A DNA stretch of 57,195 nt from contig JBAXJN010000001.1 of assembly GCA_037137855.1 (NCBI GenBank), forward strand, positions 1 through 57,195, written 5' to 3'. Within the stretch, counting starts at the first letter, position 1; each line of letters starts with the position of its first letter. Source of the stretch: Actinomycetes bacterium (GTDB taxonomy: Bacteria; Actinomycetota; Actinomycetes; S36-B12). This document shows positions 31,401 to 41,885 of the stretch, piece by piece. The position numbers and the translations under genes were made by a program. Under the pieces are notes generated by a model. It was not told the DNA's origin and ran no database searches. It saw only the letters and a program-made list of their open reading frames with translations.

Positions 31401-31975
31401 ACGCGATGGAAGAGCGTCACCGCTTCTTGTCTGAACAACTCGAGGATCTACGTCGCACGCGCGATGACCTCCTAGACATCATCAAGGAAGTAGACGCCAG
31501 GGTTGAGCAGGTCTTCACGGAGGCTTATGCAGAGATCGAGCGAGAGTTCTCAGGTGTCTTTAGTCGCTTGTTCCCAGGTGGCGAAGGCCGTTTGATTCTC
31601 ACTGATCCAAGCAACATGTTGACCACTGGTGTCGATGTGGAAGCGTGCCCTCCTGGCAAGAAGGTTAAGCGGCTTTCACTGCTCTCCGGCGGCGAGCGTT
31701 CACTTACGGCGGTGGCTTTCCTAGTTGCTCTCTTCAAAGCGCGGCCAAGTCCGTTCTACGTACTCGACGAAGTCGAAGCAGCTCTTGACGATGTGAACTT
31801 GGGCCGCTTGATCGACATCATCGAAGAGTTGCGCGATAGCTCACAGCTCATCGTTATCACTCACCAAAAGCGCACGATGGAAATTGCTGATGCGCTTTAT
31901 GGTGTTTCGATGCGAGGTGACGGCGTAACTCAGGTCATCGGCCAACGTTTGCGTGAGGCTGCAACTGCATCATGA
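28406..31975 (+). CDS. smc: Chromosome partition protein Smc
   Basis: 1189 aa with Walker A GPNGSGKSN, long coiled coils, a hinge and the LSGGE signature. Confidence 0.95.
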   Translation: MHLKSMTLKGFKSFASSTTMHFEPGVTCVVGPNGSGKSNVVDALAWVMGEQGAKSLRGGKMEDVIFSGTAGRAPLGRAEVSLTIDNSDGALPIDYTEVTISRTLFRNGGSEYAMNGQPCRLLDVQELLSDSGIGREMHVIVGQGQLDTILQATPEDRRGFIEEAAGVLKHRRRKEKALRKLDSMEANLTRLNDLTTELRRQLKPLGRQAEVARRAVVIQTDARDARLRLMADDLVQMRIAFAAEVADESALRSRQDVVETALNGLREKETSTEAEALVEAPLLEAAQETWFSLSGLRERFVGLVQLSAERVRNLQPESAEENPGRDPEQLDAEARTLRAQEFELSREVAASRDGLAGASTARQLAEEAFTAEERRVSSVEKDAAQRREALVRLTGQVHAAQSRLEARTHELERLRESIREATARSDQAQSEFQAIEVKVAGLDEGEVGLDERHERAEATLIAADAEVERLRGIEATSERERAALAARLEALSMSLTRKDAGGALVAAADRVPGFVGPLAKQLHIEHGAQAAVAAVLGDLADAIVVRGVQAAVSSLVLLKEQDAGRAALVVATEGFDHHLGTRGTAPTGIWLRDQVRCDDSLRSVVDRLLDGAVLVTDVDEAAKASQSHPELTFVTPLGDVFTRDVVHGGSQSTLSLLEVQAAYDETESALQLAVHTAERARFDMVAAKQAQAQAVSLVEQALSGLHESDARMAAVAEQLGQLGQVARAATAEAARLTQTLLAAEVAHTTDVADHERLNERLSTSQAEPEIELGEDLRVGLSELARVSRQAEVDARLALRTGEERVAAVGIRAEQLERGANAEREARVAAIARREKRARDLTAAQAVLSGAKAALSRIEASVAQASTDRANAEKQRKSRDETLVTVRARIRELTAELDLLKDSVHRDEVARAEQRMRIEQVVDRAMEEFGIEPEVLVGEYGPDQLVPRSLIVAGDEVPEDAPAPEAYPFVRVEQEKRLKEAERGLALLGKVNPLALEEFNAMEERHRFLSEQLEDLRRTRDDLLDIIKEVDARVEQVFTEAYAEIEREFSGVFSRLFPGGEGRLILTDPSNMLTTGVDVEACPPGKKVKRLSLLSGGERSLTAVAFLVALFKARPSPFYVLDEVEAALDDVNLGRLIDIIEELRDSSQLIVITHQKRTMEIADALYGVSMRGDGVTQVIGQRLREAATAS

Positions 31976-33180
31976 GCGCGCAAGTCTGGATTGCCGTTGC
32001 AGTCGTTGCCGTCATCCTCGCAGTCATCGCGATAGTTGTTGTACGTCGTCCAAGAAGAGGTGCCGAAAAATTCAATGACAGTCCAATCGCGGGGAGTAAT
32101 CGCACACCGATTTCAGCTGATGAAGCAGCACCACCAGAATCCTCAGTCCCAGAACTTGCCGATGAATTAATTATCCCGGAGTTTTCTGCTAGCACCGCTG
32201 AGGATCGACTAAGTGCGGCGCCCGCCAGCGAAGATCTAGATTTCGGTTTTGAAATTCCAGATTCTGCCGTTGGGCGCATGCATCGGCTTCGAGCTCGTCT
32301 TTCTCGTTCAAATAACGCAATAGGTAAGGGTCTATTGGGATTACTCAGTCGAGATAATCTTGATGAAGAAACGTGGGAAGAGATCGAAGAAACGTTGTTG
32401 ACCGCAGATCTTGGGGTTGGTCCGACGATGGAGCTCCTTGAGCAACTGCGCTCAGCTGTTCGGGTTGAAGGTAATGCCGATCAGGATCGCCTTACTCAGT
32501 TGCTCCGCGAGGGTTTACTCGCACTCGTTGATCCAACGTTGGATCGCTCGCTTGTCACCAAGATTGATGGTCGGCCAGCAGTTGTTCTCGTGGTCGGGGT
32601 CAATGGCACGGGGAAGACAACAACCACAGGCAAATTGGCTCGGCTGCTCATTGCTGAAGGCCAGACTGTGCTGCTCGGAGCTGCTGACACCTTCCGTGCG
32701 GCCGCCGCGGAGCAATTGCAAACCTGGGGCGATCGAGTTGGGGCTCCAGTGGTTCGAAGCGCTCAAGGCGCTGATCCTGCAGCTGTCGCATTTGACGCGG
32801 TAGCCACGGCGATAGCAGCAGATTTAGACACAGCTGTTATCGATACGGCAGGGCGCTTGCACACAAAAACCGGACTGATGGACGAGTTAGGCAAGGTTCA
32901 ACGAGTCATAGAGAAACAGTCACCCGTTGATGAGGTACTTTTAGTTCTTGACGCAACGACAGGTCAAAATGGTTTAGTTCAGGCGCGTGTCTTTGCTGAG
33001 GTCGTCAATGTCACAGGTGTTGTGCTGACGAAATTAGATGGCACGGCTCGGGGCGGAATCGTAATCGCGGTGCAGCGCGAACTCGGGGTACCGGTAAAAC
33101 TGGTGGGTCTAGGCGAGGGTCCAGATGATCTAGTGCTGTTTGATCCAATTGAGTTTGTGGAGGCGATTATCAATGGTTGA
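31972..33180 (+). CDS. ftsY: Signal recognition particle receptor FtsY
   Basis: N-terminal TM/acidic region and an NG domain with GVNGTGKTTT. ATGA overlap with smc. Confidence 0.95.
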   Translation: MSAQVWIAVAVVAVILAVIAIVVVRRPRRGAEKFNDSPIAGSNRTPISADEAAPPESSVPELADELIIPEFSASTAEDRLSAAPASEDLDFGFEIPDSAVGRMHRLRARLSRSNNAIGKGLLGLLSRDNLDEETWEEIEETLLTADLGVGPTMELLEQLRSAVRVEGNADQDRLTQLLREGLLALVDPTLDRSLVTKIDGRPAVVLVVGVNGTGKTTTTGKLARLLIAEGQTVLLGAADTFRAAAAEQLQTWGDRVGAPVVRSAQGADPAAVAFDAVATAIAADLDTAVIDTAGRLHTKTGLMDELGKVQRVIEKQSPVDEVLLVLDATTGQNGLVQARVFAEVVNVTGVVLTKLDGTARGGIVIAVQRELGVPVKLVGLGEGPDDLVLFDPIEFVEAIING

Positions 33181-33781
33181 GGAGTCGGTTGAAGTAACCC
33201 GACCATCGGGTCGAGAGAGGCTTCTGCTGGCGACCGAAGCTTGTTTGAGCGCGGGGGTGGAAATTCGCGTCGCTGACATCTGTAAGTCGGCAGATGTGAG
33301 TGCTGCCTTGATCTACAAATATTTTGTTGACCGCGATGACCTCATCGCAGAGGCGTACGCTCGCATCTTTAAGGGTCTGGTTGCTGCAGATTTATTGGCC
33401 ATCGCACATTTCCCTACTGACCTCGAAGAATTGCGCATTGCTATTCGAGGTCAGGCAGATCAAATTTTCAGCGCTGAGCGAGACGTGCTGCGCTGGGCCC
33501 GTTTAGAAGCGCTCGCACATGCCCGAATGAACCCAGGGATCACGAGTCGAATCGAAGCCTCGCGTCACGAGTTAGTTTCGGGGCTTGCCGATGCTGTCAT
33601 GAAATTCGATGGCGTGAAAATGGACAGGGAAGAAGCTGAAACGCTCGCCGTTATTTCGTTGGGCATCATTCTTGGCGCTACCGCCATGTCACCCGAGAAG
33701 ATGGACGATGATCAGCGCTCAAAGATCGCTGACATGTGGGCCGCGATGGTCTATTCGACTCTCAAGAATGCGCAGTCCTAG
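33173..33781 (+). CDS. TetR-family transcriptional regulator
   Basis: N-terminal HTH (RVADICKSADVSAALIYKYF). ATG 33173 overlaps the ftsY stop (ATGGTTGA). An alternative TTG lies at 33140. Confidence 0.8.
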   Translation: MVEESVEVTRPSGRERLLLATEACLSAGVEIRVADICKSADVSAALIYKYFVDRDDLIAEAYARIFKGLVAADLLAIAHFPTDLEELRIAIRGQADQIFSAERDVLRWARLEALAHARMNPGITSRIEASRHELVSGLADAVMKFDGVKMDREEAETLAVISLGIILGATAMSPEKMDDDQRSKIADMWAAMVYSTLKNAQS

Positions 33782-33798
33782 TCAGAACTGGAAGAATC

Positions 33799-33868
33799 GT
33801 TAACACAGTCGTTACTTAATGGGCTGTTTTGTCACAGCACGGTAATCAACGGCGTCACCGAGGGAAAT
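33799..33868 (+). promoter_or_regulatory. Candidate GlnR-type operator array upstream of amt
   Basis: GTnAC/GnAAT-like pentamers start at 33799, 33811, 33831, 33842, 33854 and 33864, mostly spaced 10-12 nt apart. Examples are GTCAC-n6-GTAAT and TCGTTA-n6-TCGTTA. Confidence 0.3.
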
Positions 33869-33938
33869 CTCTTTCCGACAACCTGTCTCCTGTCGACATA
33901 CGCGACTGGCCACAGAGTGGTTTGAAGGGAGACTGAAA

Positions 33939-35593
<1,655 letters not shown>

Positions 35594-35606
35594 TTCACTA
35601 GGGAAA

Positions 35607-37931
35607 ATGATGCGCGCAGATGCTGAAGTCATCAGCGCACGAAATTCCATCGTGCGTCGTCCAGGGCCGTTTGGTTCTGGACGACGCACTGAATTAACTG
35701 AAGTCACTGATGCATGGCTCAAGGAAGTATTTCAGGCCTCCCATCCGCTTGCCGATGGCATCTGTTTAGTCGCTGTTGGCGGCCATGGTCGTTCGCAATT
35801 GTCTCCGGGAAGCGACCTTGATCTCGTACTCCTTCATCGCATCGACCCACGCAGAGCAGCGGTCATTGCTCAAGAACTTTGGTATCCAATTTGGGATGCC
35901 GGCCTATCCTTAGATCACAGTGTGCGAACAGTTGCAGAAGCGCGACGGCTAGCAAGTGAGGACATCAAGGTCATCCTTGGACTTCTTGACATGCGCGTCA
36001 TTGCTGGAGACGCCACAATTGGCGATCAACTCCGCAAGGCAATTTATGCCGATTGGCGCGCAACCGCTCCAAAGCGCATGCCTGAACTCAGAACTCTTGT
36101 TGATCAAAGAAAAGATCGATTTGGTGAGTTAGCAACAATGCTGGAACCGGATATCAAAGAAGCCTATGGTGGCTTGCGGGAAGCAACGGTTCTTCGTGCG
36201 ATTGCAGCATCTTGGATCACTGACCTCACTCACACTCAATGGCAAACCAGTGTCGAGTTTCTACTCAATGTTCGTGATGCACTTCACCAAGTAAGCAATC
36301 GAGACAGCGATCTTTTGCTTTTACAGGAACAGGATGCCGTTGCAGCAGCAATGGGCATCAGTGACGCAGATGAATTGCTGCGTCAGGTCTATCTCGCTGC
36401 CCGAGCTATTGCCTATTCCTCAGATTCAACGTGGCACCGCGTTGAGCGATTAACCCTGCGCGGCTCGAAATTTGGTGGCAGGGCAGTGAAGAAAGGCAGC
36501 CTAGAGCGGGTTCCACTTGCTGAAGGGGTCGCGATTCAAGCAGGCGAAGCTGTGTTAGCTATCGAAGCCCACCCCGAGCAAGATCCGGTGTTACTACTTC
36601 GCACGGCAGCAGCGGCAGCCCAGGCTGGAATTCGGTTGGCGCCACACACTGTGAGTCGTTTGGCTGCGGAAAGTGCGCCGTTGCCCTCACCCTGGAATCA
36701 AGAGGCGCGTGATTGCTTCCTATCGCTCTTGGGTGCTGGTTCGGCAACCTTGCCGGTTTGGGAAGCCTTAGATCAACTGGACTTGATCTCGAAATTGGTT
36801 CCTGGATGGGAAGTCGTCCGATCTGCCCCACAACGAAATGCTTTGCATAAGTACACCGTGGATCGGCATTTAGTTGAATGCGTCATTCAGGCAAGCGCGC
36901 TCACCCGCAAAGTTGATCGACCCGACCTCTTGTTGCTTGCCGCGCTTTTCCATGATTTTGGTAAGGCCAGAACGGGAGACCACAGTGAGGTCGGTGCGGC
37001 ACTCGTGGGTGAGGTGCTAGGCCATATGGGCTATTCAGCGGCAGACATCGGCGTTGTCACGTTAGTAGTTCGACATCACCTGCTGTTAGCGGACACTGCG
37101 ACGAGGCGTGATCTTGATGATCCAGCTACGGTCGCTTACGTCGCAGAGAGAATTCCCGATCCAGCGATTCTCGACCTTTTAGCAGCGCTCACTGAAGCGG
37201 ATGCGATTGCAACCGGCTCGGCAATGTGGAGTACTTGGCGCCAGAATTTAATCAAAGAACTCGTGAAACGCACCCACGAGACGATTGCCGGTCGACCGCT
37301 ACCCGAGCAACCAACGCTTACCGACGAGCAACTTATCGCGATCGATCAACCAGGCATTTGGGTTGTGATGAATGAGGTCTCTGATGGTCACGAACTCACA
37401 TTGGTTGCTCCGGACCGAATTGGCTTGCTGGCCACTGTGGCTGGAGTCCTAGCTGTTCACCGATTGCAGGTTCGCTCAGCTCGGGTCATGACTGTTGGGG
37501 ACCGCGCTGTCCAAGTCTGGAATGTGCATCCGATGTTTGGTGATCTACCGCGCATCGAAATCCTCAGCGATGAAATCCGCCGTGCGATTGAGGGCACATT
37601 GGATATTGGCGAAAAGCTTAGAAAGAGAGACGAGGCCTACCGGCCAATGGCGCTGGCTGCGGCTCCACTGATTGAAATAATCGAGAATGCCTCCGAGCGC
37701 ACAACGGTGCTTGAAGTTCGTGCTCACGATGCCCCGGGACTGCTCTATCGAGTCACTCGGGCCATCGCAGCATCGGATGCAGCCATTACCGGAGCGAAGG
37801 TTGCGACTTTGGGATCTGATGCGGTTGACGTCTTTTTCCTAGTAGATCGCGAAGGCAATCCCCTCAGTGAGCAACATTCTGCGGCAGTGAAGGTGACTGT
37901 TTTGGGTGAATTGCTTGAGGAGATAGCCTGA
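35607..37931 (+). CDS. glnD: [Protein-PII] uridylyl/adenylyltransferase GlnD
   Basis: Nucleotidyltransferase motif GGHGRSQLSPGSDLDL, an HD domain and two C-terminal ACT domains. The start is ATG 35607, because the upstream ORF extension overlaps glnK. Confidence 0.9.
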   Translation: MMRADAEVISARNSIVRRPGPFGSGRRTELTEVTDAWLKEVFQASHPLADGICLVAVGGHGRSQLSPGSDLDLVLLHRIDPRRAAVIAQELWYPIWDAGLSLDHSVRTVAEARRLASEDIKVILGLLDMRVIAGDATIGDQLRKAIYADWRATAPKRMPELRTLVDQRKDRFGELATMLEPDIKEAYGGLREATVLRAIAASWITDLTHTQWQTSVEFLLNVRDALHQVSNRDSDLLLLQEQDAVAAAMGISDADELLRQVYLAARAIAYSSDSTWHRVERLTLRGSKFGGRAVKKGSLERVPLAEGVAIQAGEAVLAIEAHPEQDPVLLLRTAAAAAQAGIRLAPHTVSRLAAESAPLPSPWNQEARDCFLSLLGAGSATLPVWEALDQLDLISKLVPGWEVVRSAPQRNALHKYTVDRHLVECVIQASALTRKVDRPDLLLLAALFHDFGKARTGDHSEVGAALVGEVLGHMGYSAADIGVVTLVVRHHLLLADTATRRDLDDPATVAYVAERIPDPAILDLLAALTEADAIATGSAMWSTWRQNLIKELVKRTHETIAGRPLPEQPTLTDEQLIAIDQPGIWVVMNEVSDGHELTLVAPDRIGLLATVAGVLAVHRLQVRSARVMTVGDRAVQVWNVHPMFGDLPRIEILSDEIRRAIEGTLDIGEKLRKRDEAYRPMALAAAPLIEIIENASERTTVLEVRAHDAPGLLYRVTRAIAASDAAITGAKVATLGSDAVDVFFLVDREGNPLSEQHSAAVKVTVLGELLEEIA

Positions 37932-37936
37932 GCACT

Positions 37937-39463
37937 GTGTTTGGCAACCTTTCCGACCGGCTCTCTGCGACCTTCAAGGGTCTTCGAGGAAAAGGTCGAC
38001 TTTCAGAAGCTGATGTTGATGCCACCGTTAGCGAGATTCGAATCGCGCTACTCGAGGCGGATGTTGCCTTGCCCGTGGTTCGGGAGTTTTGCGCCGCAGT
38101 AAAAGCTCGAGCTCTCGAAGTCTCGTCTGCTGGCGGTTTGAACCCTGCACAGCAAGTCGTCAAGATCGTTCACGAAGAGCTCGTGGCCATTCTCGGTGGC
38201 GAAACTCGAACAATCCGATTTGCGAAGAACCCGCCAACGGTCATTTTGCTCGCAGGCCTTCAAGGCGCAGGCAAGACAACACTTGCTGGAAAGCTTGCGG
38301 TTCAACTCAAGCGCGAAGGTCACACTCCACTTTTAGTGGCAGCAGATCTACAGCGTCCCAATGCAGTAGACCAACTTCAAGTCATCGGCGAACGTGCAGG
38401 AGTTCCTGTATTTGCACCGGAGCCGGGCAGTGGAGTCGGCGATCCAGTCAAAGTAACCAAAGATGCGCGGGTGTTCGCTGCCCAAAAATTGCATGACGTT
38501 GTCATCGTCGACACAGCAGGGCGTTTGGCAATTGATGCAGAGCTGATGGAACAACTGCGTCAGGTAAAGCAAGCAGCGCAACCCGATGAAGTCTTGTTCG
38601 TTGTTGACGCGATGATCGGTCAAGATGCCGTTCGTGTTGCTCAGGAATTCATGAGCAGCGTAGGTTTTGATGGAGTAGTCCTCACCAAACTTGATGGCGA
38701 TGCTCGTGGCGGTGCGGCTCTTTCGGTGAAGAACGTCACCGGCGCCCCAATCATGTTCGCCTCCACTGGCGAGAAACTCGAAGACTTCGAGGTCTTCCAC
38801 CCCGAGCGCATGGCAAGTCGCATCCTGGACATGGGTGACGTGCTCACCTTGATCGAGCAAGCTGAGCGAGCCTTTGATTCAGAACAGTCCGAGCGCATGG
38901 CTGCCAAGGTCGCCAAGGGAGAGAGTTTTTCCCTCGATGACTTTTTGGAACAAATGCAGGCTGTGAAAAAGATGGGGTCGTTGGGCAAGGTCCTAGGCAT
39001 GCTTCCGGGGATGGGCGAGATGAAGGCCCAACTCGATCAGATTGACGATAAAGATCTTGACCGGGTGGCAGCGATCATCCAATCCATGACACCAGCCGAA
39101 CGCCAGGACCCAAAACTGCTCAACGGTTCACGTCGGGCACGCATTGCCAAGGGTTCAGGCACTGCCGTCCAAGAAGTCAACTCGCTGATGGAGAGATTCA
39201 CCCAAGCTCAGATCATGATGAAGCAGATGGGCAAGGGCGGCATGCCAGTTATGCCCGGTATGCCAGGATTTGGCATGGGCGGGGGCAAGAAATCAAAGGG
39301 CAAGATGCCAAAGCAGCAAAAGATGGCTAAAGGGGCTCAAGGGCGTAGTGGCAACCCAGCAAAGCGGATAGTTGGGAATCAACAACAAGGGGCAACCCAA
39401 GAGGTAGCACCGCCAAATCTGGGATCTTTGCCACCTGATCTGAAGAAAATGCTGGGTCAATAG
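37937..39463 (+). CDS. ffh: Signal recognition particle protein Ffh
   Basis: N-terminus MFGNLSDRL, GLQGAGKTT and a Met-rich M domain. Confidence 0.95.
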   Translation: MFGNLSDRLSATFKGLRGKGRLSEADVDATVSEIRIALLEADVALPVVREFCAAVKARALEVSSAGGLNPAQQVVKIVHEELVAILGGETRTIRFAKNPPTVILLAGLQGAGKTTLAGKLAVQLKREGHTPLLVAADLQRPNAVDQLQVIGERAGVPVFAPEPGSGVGDPVKVTKDARVFAAQKLHDVVIVDTAGRLAIDAELMEQLRQVKQAAQPDEVLFVVDAMIGQDAVRVAQEFMSSVGFDGVVLTKLDGDARGGAALSVKNVTGAPIMFASTGEKLEDFEVFHPERMASRILDMGDVLTLIEQAERAFDSEQSERMAAKVAKGESFSLDDFLEQMQAVKKMGSLGKVLGMLPGMGEMKAQLDQIDDKDLDRVAAIIQSMTPAERQDPKLLNGSRRARIAKGSGTAVQEVNSLMERFTQAQIMMKQMGKGGMPVMPGMPGFGMGGGKKSKGKMPKQQKMAKGAQGRSGNPAKRIVGNQQQGATQEVAPPNLGSLPPDLKKMLGQ

Positions 39464-39643
39464 CCCTCAAAGGTGGCCGTGGTCACCGCGCCCGCATTGG
39501 TCTGGCAGAATGAGCGGGCACTTGCTGCGCCGAAGGACCCTCTCAACCCAAGGCACAGCAGTCCGCAAGGTCGAAGTTTCACTGACGTGTCCCCACGCAG
39601 AGGTGAGCTCGGACCGCCTTACATAACAGGAGATAAGCCCGCC

Positions 39644-40183
39644 GTGGCCGTAAAGATCAAGTTGAAGCGCTTGGGCAAGACCCACGCACCGCAGTACCGC
39701 ATTGTTGTTGCCGACTCACGCACCGCTCGTAACGGTCGCGCCATTGAAGAGATCGGCATCTACCAGCCGTTGCAGGATCCCAGCATCATCTCGGTGAAGT
39801 CAGACCGCGTGTTGTACTGGCTCGGCGTTGGTGCACTTCCAACTCCAGCAGTTGAAGCGATCCTGAAGATCACTGGTGATTGGCAAAAGTTCAAGGGCCT
39901 GCCAGGCACCGAAGGCACATTGCGTGTTGCACCTCCAAAGGTGAACAAAATCGCTGTGTTTGAGGCTGCAGTTGCGGAAGCTGCCAATGAGCCAAAGATC
40001 GTCAAGAAGCCGAAGCTTGAAACTCCAGTCGAGGTTGTTGCTGAAGTTGCTGCCGCAGAGGTTGTTGCTGAAGTTGCTGCCGCCGAAGTTATCGCAGAAG
40101 AAATTGCTGAAGAGGTTGCAACCGAATCAGCAGTTACTGAAGTGGTTTCTGAAGATGCACCAGCAGATGTGACTCCCGCCTGA
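39644..40183 (+). CDS. rpsP: 30S ribosomal protein S16 with an acidic Ala/Val/Glu-rich C-terminal extension
   Basis: AGGAGA lies 10 nt upstream of GTG 39644, and the N-terminus is [22 protein letters not shown]. The longer listed ORF from 39473 has no support. Confidence 0.9.
   Translation: MAVKIKLKRLGKTHAPQYRIVVADSRTARNGRAIEEIGIYQPLQDPSIISVKSDRVLYWLGVGALPTPAVEAILKITGDWQKFKGLPGTEGTLRVAPPKVNKIAVFEAAVAEAANEPKIVKKPKLETPVEVVAEVAAAEVVAEVAAAEVIAEEIAEEVATESAVTEVVSEDAPADVTPA
40031..40084 (+). repeat. Two 27-nt tandem repeats inside the rpsP tail
   Basis: gaggttgttgctgaagttgctgccgca and gaggttgttgctgaagttgctgccgcc, encoding EVVAEVAAA twice. Confidence 0.85.
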
Positions 40184-40422
40184 TGCTCGAAGAGGCCTTA
40201 GGTCACCTCGTGCGTGGCATCGTTGACCATCCTGAAGATGTCACCGTGTCAGAGAAAGCCCAACGTCGCGGAACCACGTTGAATGTCAGCGTGAATCCAG
40301 AAGACATGGGACGCGTCATTGGTCGCGGCGGTCGTACCGCAACGGCACTGCGCAATGTCTTGGCTGCTCTTAACGGTGGTCGCGGCGTGCGTATTGACTT
40401 TCTCGACGTAGTTGAGCGCTAA
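40183..40422 (+). CDS. KH-domain RNA-binding protein (YlqC-like)
   Basis: 79 aa with a GRVIGRGGRTA KH motif. The start overlaps the rpsP stop (TGATG). Confidence 0.85.
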   Translation: MLEEALGHLVRGIVDHPEDVTVSEKAQRRGTTLNVSVNPEDMGRVIGRGGRTATALRNVLAALNGGRGVRIDFLDVVER

Positions 40423-40428
40423 CTGACC

Positions 40429-40944
40429 ATGCGCGTTGTTGTCGGACGCATTGGCAAGCCACACGGAATTCGCGGTCAAGTCACCGTTGAATCGCGTACT
40501 GACGAGCCAGATCTTCGTTTCGCGCCAGGCACAGAATTTGTTATCGATGGACCGCTACAACTGTTAACAGTTGAAGCGGTCCATTGGCATTCTGGACGGT
40601 TGCTCATCAAGTTTGAAGGCATTCACGATCGCTCCTGGGCTGAGTCGATTCGTAACACAATTTTAGCAATAGAACGAGACCCAGATGAGACTCCGCAAGA
40701 TCCCGACGAGTTCTATGACGATCAACTTGAGGGCTGCAACGTAGAGCTCCTTGATGCAACGCCTATAGGCATCGTCACAGAGGTGATTCACCTGCCAAGC
40801 CAAGACATGTTGTCAGTTTTGCGGCCAGATGAATCAGAAGTGCTCATCCCGTTTATCGCATTGTTCGTCCCGGTGGTGGAAATCGCGCAGAAGCGAATCG
40901 TTATCGATCCGCCTGCTGGATTGCTTGAAAATTCCGAGGCGTAA
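40429..40944 (+). CDS. rimM: 16S rRNA processing protein RimM
   Basis: N-terminus [15 protein letters not shown] plus a PRC barrel. Conserved position. Confidence 0.9.
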   Translation: MRVVVGRIGKPHGIRGQVTVESRTDEPDLRFAPGTEFVIDGPLQLLTVEAVHWHSGRLLIKFEGIHDRSWAESIRNTILAIERDPDETPQDPDEFYDDQLEGCNVELLDATPIGIVTEVIHLPSQDMLSVLRPDESEVLIPFIALFVPVVEIAQKRIVIDPPAGLLENSEA

Positions 40945-41645
40945 TGCGCATCGACCTCGTTTCTATTTTCCCGCAGTATCTTGAGCCTTTGAAGTTATCT
41001 TTAATTGGTAAAGCTATTGATGCTGAACTCATAGATTTACGGCTTCATGACCTGCGTGCCTGGACAAACGATCGCCATAACACGGTGGATGACACTCCAT
41101 ATGGCGGCGGCCCGGGCATGGTGATGATGCCGGAGCCTTGGGGCAGGGCTCTCGATGAGATTCGCGGATCAGGTGGCACCAAACCCACTCTTGTTGTTCC
41201 GACCCCTTCAGGGGCGCCATTTACTCAAGGGCTCGCTCAAAGTTGGAGTGATGAACCATGGCTCGTGATTGCCTGTGGCCGATATGAAGGAATTGATTCT
41301 CGCGTGATGCAGCACTACGCAACGCGCGATGATTGGAATGGCGTTAGTGAGGTAACGATTGGCGACTATGTCTTGGCCGGTGGAGAGGTTGCTGCGATGG
41401 TGATTGTTGAAGCGGTTGGACGTTTGATCCCTGGCGTTCTCGGTAATCAAGAAAGCGCTGCTGATGATTCATTCAGCATGAGTGCTGATAGCGCGCTGGT
41501 TGAAGGCCCTGTGTTTACCAAGCCGCAGGAGTGGCGGGGGATCGCGATACCCGACGTACTCACCAGTGGGCATCACGCAAACATCGCACAGTGGCGCTTA
41601 GAACAAGCCCAGGAGCGAACTGCTGAAAAGCGGCCAGATCTTTAA
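40944..41645 (+). CDS. trmD: tRNA (guanine37-N1)-methyltransferase
   Basis: N-terminus [12 protein letters not shown], and the motifs YGGGPGMVM and [10 protein letters not shown]. Confidence 0.95.
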   Translation: MRIDLVSIFPQYLEPLKLSLIGKAIDAELIDLRLHDLRAWTNDRHNTVDDTPYGGGPGMVMMPEPWGRALDEIRGSGGTKPTLVVPTPSGAPFTQGLAQSWSDEPWLVIACGRYEGIDSRVMQHYATRDDWNGVSEVTIGDYVLAGGEVAAMVIVEAVGRLIPGVLGNQESAADDSFSMSADSALVEGPVFTKPQEWRGIAIPDVLTSGHHANIAQWRLEQAQERTAEKRPDL

Positions 41646-41885
41646 CTCATCAGGCAGTAGGTGTTGATGAGGCCAGGGATCAGGACCCTTCCTGAGTGCT
41701 CTGCGACCTGACCGGGCCGTTCACGCCTGATCACATGAGGCGAGTTGGGGTACGAGGTCCGGCTATGGCACACTTCTACAGCCCACCGCGCCGGTGCTCT
41801 GCCACAGGGGACTCGGTTGCATGGGTAGTAATTTCCTCAAACCCCACCGTGGGAGACCTGTGGCTCCTGCAGGAAGCGAATGATC

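Noticed and set aside
39473-39643. 57-codon N-terminal extension of rpsP (the 236-aa listed ORF)
   Set aside because: S16 homology begins at [11 protein letters not shown], and a strong AGGAGA precedes the GTG at 39644. The upstream frame is merely open.
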